From a virus: a DNA stretch of 64,000 bases. Position 1 is the first letter of the stretch. Each line of letters begins with the position of its first letter. The stretch covers positions 1 through 64,000 of IMG/VR virus record IMGVR_UViG_3300039106_000244. One strand, given 5' to 3'. This document shows positions 17,858-28,022 of the stretch, piece after piece. Position numbers and translations under genes: made by a program. Under the pieces are notes generated by a model. It was not told the DNA's origin. It was given only the letters and a program-made list of their open reading frames with translations, and searched no databases.

Positions 17858-18828
17858 AAATAATAATCACAGGCGGTGCAGGATTCATTGGTCATAATGT
17901 AACTCGCATATTAGAACAGCAAGGGCATGAGTGCATTGTTATTGATACTACAACCGACTACGGCTTTATACCAAAAAAGGAATTAACTTATCTTAAATCT
18001 TCACGTAAAGAACGTTTTAACTCACATGTTATACATACTGATATATGTAGCGTTAATCATATCGACAGTATTTTTAGCGCAGTACGTCCAGAGCTAGTAA
18101 TACATCTCGCTAGCTTTCCGCGGCAACATATAGTAAATCGAAACCCAATAATTGGGTCAGAAGTAATGACTACTGGACTAATTAATTTACTCGAAGCAAG
18201 CGCACGTTATAACATTAAGAAGTTCGTTTACATTAGCAGTTCGATGGTGTATGGTGATTTCATTGATAAAATGTTTGATGGCATTGATGAATATTCTGAA
18301 TGCAAACCAATTGGACAATACAGTATCATGAAGTACATGGGCGAGAAACTTGTAGCTGATTATACTTGTCGTGGTTGCTTTGCGCATACTATCATTCGCC
18401 CAAGTGCTGTATACGGACCTTGGGATATCAAGGATAGAGTTGTTAGTAAGTTTATGCTTGCGGCAATGCGCAATGAAGTATTAACTGTAAAAGGCCCCAA
18501 AGAAGTATTAGACTTTACCTATGTCGAAGATACTGCTACAGGCATTGCCCAAGCCGCGTTAAGCGATAATGCTAACAATAAAATATATAACATCACACGG
18601 TCATCTAATATCGAATATACATTACTTGATGCCGCAAAACTTGCTGTTAGTATTGTAGGCAAAGGTAATATCGAAGTTGCAGAACGTGACTTAGCATTTC
18701 CAATACGTGGTAGATTGAGTATTATGAATGCAAGAACAGACTTTGGGTACAATCCAACAGTTGATGTAGAAGATGGCTTTGCTCGTTATTATGAATGGTT
18801 TACTAACTCGGAGTATTATAAAATATGA
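17848..18828 (+). CDS. NAD-dependent NDP-sugar epimerase/dehydratase (extended SDR)
   Basis: TGGAGFIG, HLAS, SSSMVYG, YSIMK, RPSAVYGP and DFTYVED. Confidence 0.93.
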   Translation: MEMKIIITGGAGFIGHNVTRILEQQGHECIVIDTTTDYGFIPKKELTYLKSSRKERFNSHVIHTDICSVNHIDSIFSAVRPELVIHLASFPRQHIVNRNPIIGSEVMTTGLINLLEASARYNIKKFVYISSSMVYGDFIDKMFDGIDEYSECKPIGQYSIMKYMGEKLVADYTCRGCFAHTIIRPSAVYGPWDIKDRVVSKFMLAAMRNEVLTVKGPKEVLDFTYVEDTATGIAQAALSDNANNKIYNITRSSNIEYTLLDAAKLAVSIVGKGNIEVAERDLAFPIRGRLSIMNARTDFGYNPTVDVEDGFARYYEWFTNSEYYKI

Positions 18829-19880
18829 TTAAATTAAGTGATTTCCATTATGAACGCGAACATAGTTTAGATAAATTATGTTCAGGTACATTAACCAGAC
18901 AAGACTTTATCTTAGGTAAAGCAGTAAGAGATTTTGAATCTAATTTTGGAAAATATACTAATACCAATCATTGTGTAGCAGTTGGTAATTGTACAGATGC
19001 ATTACGATTAAGTTTAGATGCAGTAGGGGTTAAGCCCGGTGACAATGTTATTACTGTGGGACTTACCTGGTTAAGTTCATACGAAGTTATTGCTAATTTA
19101 GGTGCAGAAATACGCTTAGTTGATGTTAATGAATATTTAACAATGAACATGGGTGATGCATTAAATGCTATAGATAGTCGTACCAAGGCTATAATCGGAG
19201 TTGATCTATTTGGGCAACCGTGCGAATGGGACAAGGTTAAATTTCCTGTAGCAACTATTAGCGATGCAGCACAAGCCACTGGTGCAAAATATAAAGATCA
19301 AATGGTTGGTGGTATCACTGACTTAACTTGCTTTAGTTTCTATCCTACTAAGAATTTAGGTTGCTTAGGCGATGGTGGTGCAGTTACTACTAATAATGCA
19401 GAATATGCCGCTACTATTAAGAAATTACGTAATCACGGACAAGAGAGTAAATTCAATGTTAGTCATGTAGGATATAATAGTCGCTTAGATAGTATACAAG
19501 CAGAGTTACTTGATAATAAATTACCATACTTAGATCAATGGAACATTCGTCGTCGAGAGATTTCTGCATACTACGATGAACAATTTAAAAATTTATTTGA
19601 TGTTATTCCGCAACATCCGTTAGGGTATAATGTACGACATCAGTATATTATATTAAGTGAAAAATCGGAACACATCGAAGCGGCACTTAAAGCAAATGAT
19701 ATCGAGTCACGTAGATATTACAGCAACCTTGCATATAAACAACCTGCATATAATATTAATGTCACCTTGCCTAATACCGAATATTATAGTCGATTAAACC
19801 TGGCGATTCCAACTCATCAATTCCTAACTGATAACGAAGTTGAATTAATTGCTAGCATTGTTAAGAGAGAATTTAAATGA
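18825..19880 (+). CDS. DegT/DnrJ/EryC1/StrS PLP-dependent sugar aminotransferase
   Basis: DAAQATG, SFYPTKNLGCLGDGG, LRNHG and GYNSRLD. Confidence 0.95.
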   Translation: MIKLSDFHYEREHSLDKLCSGTLTRQDFILGKAVRDFESNFGKYTNTNHCVAVGNCTDALRLSLDAVGVKPGDNVITVGLTWLSSYEVIANLGAEIRLVDVNEYLTMNMGDALNAIDSRTKAIIGVDLFGQPCEWDKVKFPVATISDAAQATGAKYKDQMVGGITDLTCFSFYPTKNLGCLGDGGAVTTNNAEYAATIKKLRNHGQESKFNVSHVGYNSRLDSIQAELLDNKLPYLDQWNIRRREISAYYDEQFKNLFDVIPQHPLGYNVRHQYIILSEKSEHIEAALKANDIESRRYYSNLAYKQPAYNINVTLPNTEYYSRLNLAIPTHQFLTDNEVELIASIVKREFK

Positions 19881-20755
19881 AATTAGGCATTGCAGGTGCA
19901 GGTTACTGGGGTAGCAAAATTGTTAATAGTGCTAGTAATCAAGCCACTATTGTTATCATGGATATTAAAAATGGCGACAGTTGGCAAAATAAAACATTAG
20001 ATGCTGTTATTATTGCTACGCCAGCTGATCAACATTACCTTATGACTAAATGGTATCTTGAACAAGGTATTCATGTATTATGCGAAAAACCTACATGCAT
20101 GAATGTAGTCGAACAACAAGAATTAAATGATTTAGCCAAGGCACAAAACTTAGTTTATCAAGCTGGCCATATCTTATTATTCCAGCCTAACGTAGAGTAT
20201 ATGTTAAATTATGTAAGTGGATTAACTGTACGTCACGTAGAATCACGTAGACTTAATTGGGGTAGATTACAAACCAATATTGATTTAGCTTGGCATTTAG
20301 CACCACACGATATTAGTGTAATCGATAAATTATACGGCGAATTACCTAATACTATTAATAGTCAAGGAACACATTTAAACAATGGTCCACAATTTGATTA
20401 CGCAACAAACGAATTGACATATAATGAGAAGAGTGCTACAATAACATTAGGGTGGCAATGGCCTAAGAAGGTTAGAGAATTTGTTGTTACCTGTGACGAA
20501 TGCCAAATATGGTTAGATGATATAGAGTTGCAGATTATCGAAGGAGGTTACGCTAATGGTAATCTCAGTGAAACAAAAATTTCAACTGTACAATTCAACC
20601 CTAAGCAATCACCATTGGAAGCGCAAATTCAAGACTTTATGCGCTGTATAGATACTGGCAACAAACCAAGAGCAGACATAGACCATATGTTAAGAGTAAC
20701 ACAAACTGTAGAATTAATGTCAAAGAAATTTATGTCAAGGAACTTATATGTATAA
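19877..20755 (+). CDS. Gfo/Idh/MocA NAD-dependent sugar dehydrogenase
   Basis: GAGYWG, IATPADQH, HVLCEKP and LAPHD. Confidence 0.92.
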   Translation: MKLGIAGAGYWGSKIVNSASNQATIVIMDIKNGDSWQNKTLDAVIIATPADQHYLMTKWYLEQGIHVLCEKPTCMNVVEQQELNDLAKAQNLVYQAGHILLFQPNVEYMLNYVSGLTVRHVESRRLNWGRLQTNIDLAWHLAPHDISVIDKLYGELPNTINSQGTHLNNGPQFDYATNELTYNEKSATITLGWQWPKKVREFVVTCDECQIWLDDIELQIIEGGYANGNLSETKISTVQFNPKQSPLEAQIQDFMRCIDTGNKPRADIDHMLRVTQTVELMSKKFMSRNLYV

Positions 20756-21389
20756 ACGTATTTTAGCAGTTGGGGCTCATCCCGATGATATCGAATTAGG
20801 TTGTTTAGGTACATTATTAAAGTTTCGTGATCAAGGGGCAGAGTTTGATATTGTAGTAGCACGTAACGATAATGTTCCACGCCCAAGTGTATGGCGCGAC
20901 AAGGATAAAATGATTGCTGAATATTCAGCAAGTGAAAAAGTCATCGGTACTAAGTTTACATTTCTTAATAATCGGTTAGATGCAACTGGTCGCCCTGTAT
21001 TAGAATGGGATAGTGCCACTGTAGAGCAACTTGATACATATATGCGTGATAAGGAATACGATTTAGTTATTACTCATAGCCCGGGTGACCATCATCAAGA
21101 TCATGTAAATACGTTCCATATCGTTAACAGTAGTCTACGTCGTTATCAAGGCGAATTGTGGTGCATGGAAGGTGGTCCATATACTAATCGTAATAAAGAA
21201 TTTGTGCCTAATATATTCGTAGATATTGCTCCATACATTAACACAAAAATTGAAGCCATTCAATGTTATGATAGTTACTTTAGCGATACATTATTGCATA
21301 ATATCAAAGGGCAGGCTGCCTTACGTGGACAGATGCTAGGTAGTACGTATGCAGAATCGTTTGAAGTTAGGTATCGTTGTATTAAATGA
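20748..21389 (+). CDS. PIG-L/LmbE family N-deacetylase
   Basis: VGAHPDDIELG and THSPGDHHQDH. Confidence 0.93.
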   Translation: MYKRILAVGAHPDDIELGCLGTLLKFRDQGAEFDIVVARNDNVPRPSVWRDKDKMIAEYSASEKVIGTKFTFLNNRLDATGRPVLEWDSATVEQLDTYMRDKEYDLVITHSPGDHHQDHVNTFHIVNSSLRRYQGELWCMEGGPYTNRNKEFVPNIFVDIAPYINTKIEAIQCYDSYFSDTLLHNIKGQAALRGQMLGSTYAESFEVRYRCIK

Positions 21390-22453
21390 TTAAACTATTC
21401 CAATTAGATCGAATATGGGCAGAAATACGTGAACATAGTTTAGCGTCAATTGATTATATTTGTAGTCAAGGTATTGCTCAAAAAGGTTCAACAGTAGAAA
21501 GCGTAGAAGAATGGTTGCGACTTGAGAGCGGGCGCAAGTATGCTATTACCCTTGCTAGCTGTACAGACGCCTTAACGTGCATCTTAGAAGCATTACAGTT
21601 ACCACCAAATAGTCTTGTTGCAGTTCCTAGTTATACATTTATTGCTACTGTTAATGCTGTACGTAAAGCAGGTTATATACCAGTGTTTGTTGACGTTACT
21701 AACGATTTTCATATAGATTTAGATCAGATATCAAATGTACAAGCAGTAGTGCTAGTAGATTTATTTGGATTAGCAATAGACTACGATTATCTACATAACT
21801 GGCAACAGAATAATCCAGACATTGTGGTTGTTATGGATGCCGCGCAAAGTATAGAAACAAAATACAACAATGAGCATAGTATGAAACAAGGTATTGCCGC
21901 GGCAGTTAGCTTTGCTCCTACTAAAACTATTCCTGTATTTGGATCCGGTGGAGCTATTGTAACAGATAATGAAGAGCTCGCATTGTATGCACGTAAATGG
22001 CGTACTCATGGTAAAAATACCAATGGCGATACTATGATTTGCATTGGTGCAAATAGTATGCTTGGTAGTATGGAGGCCGCACAACTAACAGGCTGTATTA
22101 CAAATCATGTAGCGTGGCGAAATCGTAGAGAACAGATCGCCCGGGCATATATTGCTAATATTATCAATCCTAGTCTAACTGCACCAACTACTAGAGGTGA
22201 GCATAGCTGGCATAAATTTGTTATTACCTGTGAGTCAATTGAAACTAAAGATGCATTGACAAAATTTCTAAATGAGCGTAATATAAGTACTGCGGTGTAT
22301 TATTCACCATTGGTTCACAACGAATATAACGTAGACATAAGTTTACCCAATTCAGAAAGATTAAGCAAATGTAGTGTTGCTATACCTTGTCAGCATACAT
22401 TATCAGACCACGAATATCAAACAATAGCGCAAGCTCTTAAGGATTTTATATGA
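21386..22453 (+). CDS. Second DegT-family sugar aminotransferase
   Basis: PSYTFIAT, DAAQS, SFAPTKTIPVFGSGG and RTHG. Confidence 0.92.
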   Translation: MIKLFQLDRIWAEIREHSLASIDYICSQGIAQKGSTVESVEEWLRLESGRKYAITLASCTDALTCILEALQLPPNSLVAVPSYTFIATVNAVRKAGYIPVFVDVTNDFHIDLDQISNVQAVVLVDLFGLAIDYDYLHNWQQNNPDIVVVMDAAQSIETKYNNEHSMKQGIAAAVSFAPTKTIPVFGSGGAIVTDNEELALYARKWRTHGKNTNGDTMICIGANSMLGSMEAAQLTGCITNHVAWRNRREQIARAYIANIINPSLTAPTTRGEHSWHKFVITCESIETKDALTKFLNERNISTAVYYSPLVHNEYNVDISLPNSERLSKCSVAIPCQHTLSDHEYQTIAQALKDFI

Positions 22454-23436
22454 AAATATTAATTTTAGGTGGACACGGCTTTATAGGTAGTCACACAAGC
22501 AATAAACTTAACGCATTAGGGCACACAATTGGAGTAGTCGATTGTTACCATCAATATTATACCTTTCCAGATTGGGAATATATTCCAGTGCTGGCCCAAC
22601 GTATTGCATTAGCAAATGCAGATTCTGTATTCGAAGGACGAATCGAAGATCAGTTGTTTATTAATGGCGTGTTCAATGAATTTAAACCAGATGTTGTAAT
22701 TCATGTAGCAACTTATCCTAATGCTAAAATGGTGCATCGTAATCCAGTTGATGCGGCTAATAACATGGTTAGTGCTACTGCTAATGTATTATTAAATTGC
22801 ACTCAACATCACGTTAAACGGCTTGTATTTGCATCTAGTAGCATGGTATACGGTGATTTTAAAACTGCAGCCCCTGATGAGTTTGCGCAATGTGATCCAC
22901 TTACGTTATATGGTAGTTACAAATTGCAAGGCGAACGTATGGTTAAGATTTGGGCACAAGATCATGATTTAGAATATGTTATTATGCGCCCAAGTGCCTT
23001 ATATGGCACACGTGATATGATTGTGCGAGTTATTAGTCAAATGGCCGCAGGTGCATTGCGCAACGGTACAATTACAGTACAAGGTCCCAACAATAAATTA
23101 GATTTTAGCTTTGTAGAAGATGTTGCTGGATATTTTACCGAGGCGGCATTAAATCCAAACGCAGTAAATCAGATATTCAATTGCACACGTGGATACGGTA
23201 GGACTATATTAGAAGCGGCAGAATTAGTGCAAAGTCGAGTAGGCGGTGAAATTATAGTTAAGCCACACGATATATTTTATCCTAGCCGTGATACCCTTGA
23301 TAGTGATAAGATTAAACACATGCTAAACTACAAACCAATATGGGACATCGAGCAAGGTATTCCTGCATACCTTGATTGGTTGTTAGAACAAGAATTTATT
23401 GGTCAACTTCGGGATACAGTTCCGCAAATTGTTTAG
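22450..23436 (+). CDS. Second NAD-dependent NDP-sugar epimerase/dehydratase
   Basis: GGHGFIG, SSSMVYGDF, YGSYK and RPSALYG; paralog of 17848. Confidence 0.92.
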   Translation: MKILILGGHGFIGSHTSNKLNALGHTIGVVDCYHQYYTFPDWEYIPVLAQRIALANADSVFEGRIEDQLFINGVFNEFKPDVVIHVATYPNAKMVHRNPVDAANNMVSATANVLLNCTQHHVKRLVFASSSMVYGDFKTAAPDEFAQCDPLTLYGSYKLQGERMVKIWAQDHDLEYVIMRPSALYGTRDMIVRVISQMAAGALRNGTITVQGPNNKLDFSFVEDVAGYFTEAALNPNAVNQIFNCTRGYGRTILEAAELVQSRVGGEIIVKPHDIFYPSRDTLDSDKIKHMLNYKPIWDIEQGIPAYLDWLLEQEFIGQLRDTVPQIV

Positions 23437-25822
23437 CTAACCATTCCCATTTAAATGCTTGTTTAAGTATTTGGTGGGAATTTTTATTGGTTGAATAAAA
23501 GTTAACTCCATCTACGGCACCTTTTAATACCCAATCTGCATTTAATCCTTCTGCGTTAGTTGTCCATATATGCAATCTATGTTCAGTTTCAATGCATCTA
23601 GTTTCTTCATATATTTGTGCAAGTTTAGCACATTCACGAAACGCACTGCGCCATGCCTGGTACGGAGTTGCACCAATTCGAGCAATTGCACTTATTGTTG
23701 GTATTACTGCATGTGGAGCAGACATGGTGTAATCAATACCAAATTCAGTTGCTGTTTTAACTAAGTTAACATTATATAATATAACACCAGCATACCCATA
23801 CTCTAGTCCATTGGATTCATTATGAGCATAGAATATATAATGCTTAGGTTGCTGAAAGTAATCAGGTTGAAAATCAAATTCAAAATCTGGATGTATTTCT
23901 GTCTTAGCAAATACAGCATAATACCATTTAGTTTCGCTTAATTCGGCAGCTGCACGTAGAGCATTTTCCATTCCCTCGACACCATGAATGCGTTTTGCTC
24001 TTGGATATTTGATTTTTAATATTGCCCAATTAGCATCTGCATCTGCTTCGTCGTAACTAATAAAGATAATATCTAGTGCAAGTTTACTAATCATAGGTAT
24101 TTTATCAATATACGGATAATCGTATGCTTGTGTATCAATGAAAGATTTAGTGTCTCTAGGCACCAAAACATAGCTATTGTCGTCCGAAAAACTAGTGATT
24201 TGTCTGTCTTTTGCATACCAGATGCTCGGATTATACTGTGGATTATACTGTTGTACCCCACGATCGTAGTTATAAAACCATGTAAACGGATGTTTAAATT
24301 CATGTTGCTTAATTACTTCAATTAAGTTGTCGCCACTGTATTCAACTGCGGGAATAGGTAGGCGTGGTACACGTTGTTCTTTACAGTAATTAATAACATT
24401 AAACCAATCTAATAATGCAAGCTCAACCATTTGCAGTTTAAAACTTTCTACATGTATATAGAATGTATCACCGCGTTCCTGATTGTTACTTGGAAATACA
24501 TGTATCATTTCTTTCTGCCACGGTTCAGGTTGCCAGCTAAAATCAAAGCGAGCATAATCACATAAGCTACTAATTATCCACACATGTTCTGTTGTTGCAG
24601 TTGACATAATACGTTTAAAGGTATCAAGGTAGTTGTCAACATAGCGAGTTGTTTTAATGTCGGGATGTTTTTTTTGTAATTGTTCAATTTGATCATTATC
24701 GTTGCCATGATCTACAAAGTAAATGTCATGCAAGTCATCGGGTATTATAACAGGTTGGTCCATTACAAAATGCAAATTAGGAAATTCTTCTAAGCTCTTT
24801 TCCCAACTACTACAGCGAGTAAATTCGCCGCGATTGATTAAGTATGTATCGCTCCACTTCTGATGTTGTGAACCAAACACATGCATCATATGTCCTTGCC
24901 ATGGTTCAGCATGCCAGCCAAAGTCAAAATCTGTATAAATGTTTTCGCTACTAATAACCCAGAACTTGCTTGTTTTGCTTCGAGCAATGCAACGAGCAAT
25001 AGTATCCATCATTGAATTAACATAACGTATCTTTTGTAGATGTGGGTATTGTTCAATTAACTTTTCGTACCGTGCAGGCGAACTAGCATTACTCTTATCA
25101 ATAAAGAATATATCTAATACTTGTATAGCATCACTATTGTTTTTAGTAGGCATCATATCTAAAAACTTAATATCAGTTGCACCTTGCACTGTATAAGTTA
25201 ATCCGCTACTTACTTGAAACTGTGAACTAAAATGATATATGTATGCTGGATGTGTAGGGTCGGGTCGCCATGTAAAGTCAATGTCTTCACTGTTTATTTC
25301 TTCGGGTACATTCCAGCATGACATAGTAGGTATAAATTCTGCAACAAAATCGTATAGATACTTAACTTCTGTTGCACCCGGTACTACGTAACGTGGCCCA
25401 TCAACATGGTCGCGCCCCCATTTAACAGGAAACTGATATATGTAAGGCGGGTCCAACGGGTCTGGTGCCCAGCGGCTATCTATGCTATTAGGATTGCAAT
25501 CGTTACAATCCCAATAATCTAAATTAGGTAGTCGATGTGTGTATGTGTCTGTATGAAAGTTATGTGTCTTATCTTGAATAGTATACTTGTTAGCAAGGTA
25601 TGTGCCACCATCTACTTGCCATTGATTTGGCCACGTATGTATTTGATGCTCTTCCCAAGGCACTGCACGGAAATTAAAATCAAAGTTAGTGTAATCATTC
25701 TGTCCATCGATAAACCAAAAGAACTTAGTACGACTTAAACTCGCGGCTTCTTCTAATGTATCAGCGGGTAGTTCAAAAGGAAATAGGTTAGGCTTGGCGC
25801 CTTGATAAAACACATCAAACAT
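23396..25822 (-). CDS. Multi-repeat glycosyltransferase-like (GT-A) protein
   Basis: Three FDF.(W/F)..(E/V)PW...H.(F/W)....T(Y/F) units and two ID..W.PDP..P.YIY.F units; the C-terminal ISYDE...AWRSAFRE domain is homologous to 45728. Confidence 0.6.
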   Translation of the reverse strand: MFDVFYQGAKPNLFPFELPADTLEEAASLSRTKFFWFIDGQNDYTNFDFNFRAVPWEEHQIHTWPNQWQVDGGTYLANKYTIQDKTHNFHTDTYTHRLPNLDYWDCNDCNPNSIDSRWAPDPLDPPYIYQFPVKWGRDHVDGPRYVVPGATEVKYLYDFVAEFIPTMSCWNVPEEINSEDIDFTWRPDPTHPAYIYHFSSQFQVSSGLTYTVQGATDIKFLDMMPTKNNSDAIQVLDIFFIDKSNASSPARYEKLIEQYPHLQKIRYVNSMMDTIARCIARSKTSKFWVISSENIYTDFDFGWHAEPWQGHMMHVFGSQHQKWSDTYLINRGEFTRCSSWEKSLEEFPNLHFVMDQPVIIPDDLHDIYFVDHGNDNDQIEQLQKKHPDIKTTRYVDNYLDTFKRIMSTATTEHVWIISSLCDYARFDFSWQPEPWQKEMIHVFPSNNQERGDTFYIHVESFKLQMVELALLDWFNVINYCKEQRVPRLPIPAVEYSGDNLIEVIKQHEFKHPFTWFYNYDRGVQQYNPQYNPSIWYAKDRQITSFSDDNSYVLVPRDTKSFIDTQAYDYPYIDKIPMISKLALDIIFISYDEADADANWAILKIKYPRAKRIHGVEGMENALRAAAELSETKWYYAVFAKTEIHPDFEFDFQPDYFQQPKHYIFYAHNESNGLEYGYAGVILYNVNLVKTATEFGIDYTMSAPHAVIPTISAIARIGATPYQAWRSAFRECAKLAQIYEETRCIETEHRLHIWTTNAEGLNADWVLKGAVDGVNFYSTNKNSHQILKQAFKWEWLAKQFAELYPEVDQ

Positions 25823-26333
25823 GTACTTGTTCTACTGTCAACCCACATTTAATTAAAAAGTCAGCGCCTATTGTATCGCGATATGATTGTGCATAGTACA
25901 CTTCTGTAATGCCGGCTTGATAAATTGTTTTTGCGCAATCTAAGCACGGGCAATGTGTAATAAAGATTGCTGCACCTTTGCCTCCACCATTTAATTTAGC
26001 AAGTTTTGCCACTGCGTTTGACTCTGCGTGAAGTACTGTTGATTTTGTTTTCAATCTGTATCGACCAATGTAAGAATCATCTAGCTCCGACACTTCAACA
26101 AATGGCCATTTCTCATCTATCTCTTCAGGGTCAAGCCAACCACCAGCATCACTCGACATGTATTCTCGTTCTTCACATACGTTATCCCATCCGCTGGGTT
26201 GTCCGTTGTATCCAATTGAAATAATTGCATCATCTTTAACAATGATTGACCCGACTTGTAAGCGTACAGCACTTGAACATGCCGCATAATTAAATGCAGT
26301 GCGCATGTGTGCTAATTTCATTTTATCTTTCAT
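25815..26333 (-). CDS. dCMP deaminase (ComEB/T4 cd family)
   Basis: VGSIIVK, GYNG, HAESNA and PCLDC zinc motif. Confidence 0.92.
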   Translation of the reverse strand: MKDKMKLAHMRTAFNYAACSSAVRLQVGSIIVKDDAIISIGYNGQPSGWDNVCEEREYMSSDAGGWLDPEEIDEKWPFVEVSELDDSYIGRYRLKTKSTVLHAESNAVAKLAKLNGGGKGAAIFITHCPCLDCAKTIYQAGITEVYYAQSYRDTIGADFLIKCGLTVEQVHV

Positions 26334-26739
26334 TTAATTCCTTTATAGAAATAGCATGTGCAATAATAGTTGCCCAACGTTCAGCATCTTGTTCTATTAT
26401 TCGCATGTCATATTGAGTTGGTGGTTCAAATACTTTGTTTGTATCTTTAAATCTGCCTTTTTTAATTGTGTCGACCCATACTGTATAATCAGCATTAAAG
26501 ATATCGCGTATCTCTTTAGTAGGCGCAACAAAGTCGCATATAACATGACCTTTGCTATCATCAGCTAACGTTTTCATACGTGTTGCTTGACGCAGTCTGC
26601 CTTCTTCGGAAAAATCCCAATCATTATAATTTTCTCGAACTGCATCGGCATTATACCATACACAATCTATCAATTTTGATAATGCGCAAGCAAGGGTTGT
26701 TTTTCCACTACCAGGAAGACCCATAATTAGTATGTTCAT
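26323..26739 (-). CDS. cysC: Adenylylsulfate (APS) kinase-like P-loop kinase, short form
   Basis: GLPGSGKTT, NADAVR, DFSEEGRLRQ, DFVAP and FEPP match the APS kinase pattern. Confidence 0.7.
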   Translation of the reverse strand: MNILIMGLPGSGKTTLACALSKLIDCVWYNADAVRENYNDWDFSEEGRLRQATRMKTLADDSKGHVICDFVAPTKEIRDIFNADYTVWVDTIKKGRFKDTNKVFEPPTQYDMRIIEQDAERWATIIAHAISIKELNER

Positions 26740-26745
26740 ATTGTA

Positions 26746-26774
26746 ATTATATATTCATTATTAAAGTATGTCAA
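26746..26774 (-). promoter_or_regulatory. Consensus sigma70 promoter, leaderless geometry
   Basis: Minus strand TTGACA-N17-TATAAT, 6 nt before ATG 26739. Confidence 0.85.
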
Positions 26775-26803
26775 GTATTTAATATAGTACAGCCTCACGT
26801 AAT

Positions 26804-26811
26804 TATAAATA
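26804..26811 (+). promoter_or_regulatory. T4-late-like promoter TATAAATA
   Basis: Exact TATAAATA 5 nt before ATG 26817. Confidence 0.65.
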
Positions 26812-26816
26812 TAAAC

Positions 26817-28022
26817 ATGAATGTTTTAATATTAACACCGGACCGAGTCGGATCAACCTTATTGCAACGTGTATTAACTATCTATATGTTAAGACGTGGA
26901 TTTGATAAACCAGTGATTAATTTACACGAATTAACCAATGGATTACAAAAATATTATAACACAACGTTAAATCAAGAAGTATTGGGCAAATCTAGTACCG
27001 AGTGGGGCTATCATCAATCATTAAATGAGATCACTGAATTATTGTCTTCAGTTGATCATTATAAAACTAGCAGACTTGCGCATTATCACATAGTTGAGCG
27101 GCAAGATGGTATTAATGATCAGCTACCATTTTACAAATACCTTAATGAGAACTTTTTTATTATTAGTTGTCGACGCGACAATTTATTTGAACATGCATTG
27201 AGTTGGGCAATAAATGGATATAGCAAAAAATTAAATGTTTATAGCCCCCGAGAAAAGGTCGATGCATTTTATAATATATACAAAAATAAAATAACAGTCT
27301 CCGAAGATACATTAATTAAATATTTACAAGCATATAGAGATTATATCAGTTGGTCTGATAGGCATTTCAATATACAATCTCATTTTTATTATGATCGAGA
27401 GATAAAAGATATCGAATCATATATATTGAATTTAGATTTTATGCACGGACATCAAAATAATACGTGGCAGGATATGTTTAATTTAGATTTTGCTGATTAT
27501 AATACCTATCATTCAATTATCCCAAACTTAGTATTAAACGATGTTAACCTATTAGATAAACAGATCGTTGGTAAAATAAACACAATATCAAGTCATAAAT
27601 GGGATTTAATGAAAGGGGTCGATTGGCCAATGTTAGCCGACCTAAACAATACCGAAATACTTAACCAAGTGCCAGCTAATATAAAATTAGAAATAGATAA
27701 TTTATGTACTGCAGAGATGTCAACAATTAATGTCAGAGATCATAATCTATATAATTTCTTAATTAATAACTTAGATGCCTACAGAAATATTTCTGCTCAA
27801 GTTGAAAATTTAGTTGCCAGTGGCTTTTTAGTCACAGGAGTGCCAATTAAATTACAATCACTTAGTGAAAAGAAATCATTGATAAAAAACTTTAACGATT
27901 GTATACAGTGGTATAACAAATGGGTTCATACTAATAATTTTGGTACGCTTTATACTGAAGAAGAACTTTCTTTATTAAGTGATACAGAAGATTTACTCTT
28001 AACTAAATCTATTAAGCTGTAA
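26817..28022 (+). CDS. Sulfotransferase-like protein
   Basis: N-terminal LILTPDRVGSTLL (5'-PSB-like), LHE, and RRDNLFEHALSW (3'-PB-like R..S), as in Stf0-type sulfotransferases. Confidence 0.6.
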   Translation: MNVLILTPDRVGSTLLQRVLTIYMLRRGFDKPVINLHELTNGLQKYYNTTLNQEVLGKSSTEWGYHQSLNEITELLSSVDHYKTSRLAHYHIVERQDGINDQLPFYKYLNENFFIISCRRDNLFEHALSWAINGYSKKLNVYSPREKVDAFYNIYKNKITVSEDTLIKYLQAYRDYISWSDRHFNIQSHFYYDREIKDIESYILNLDFMHGHQNNTWQDMFNLDFADYNTYHSIIPNLVLNDVNLLDKQIVGKINTISSHKWDLMKGVDWPMLADLNNTEILNQVPANIKLEIDNLCTAEMSTINVRDHNLYNFLINNLDAYRNISAQVENLVASGFLVTGVPIKLQSLSEKKSLIKNFNDCIQWYNKWVHTNNFGTLYTEEELSLLSDTEDLLLTKSIKL

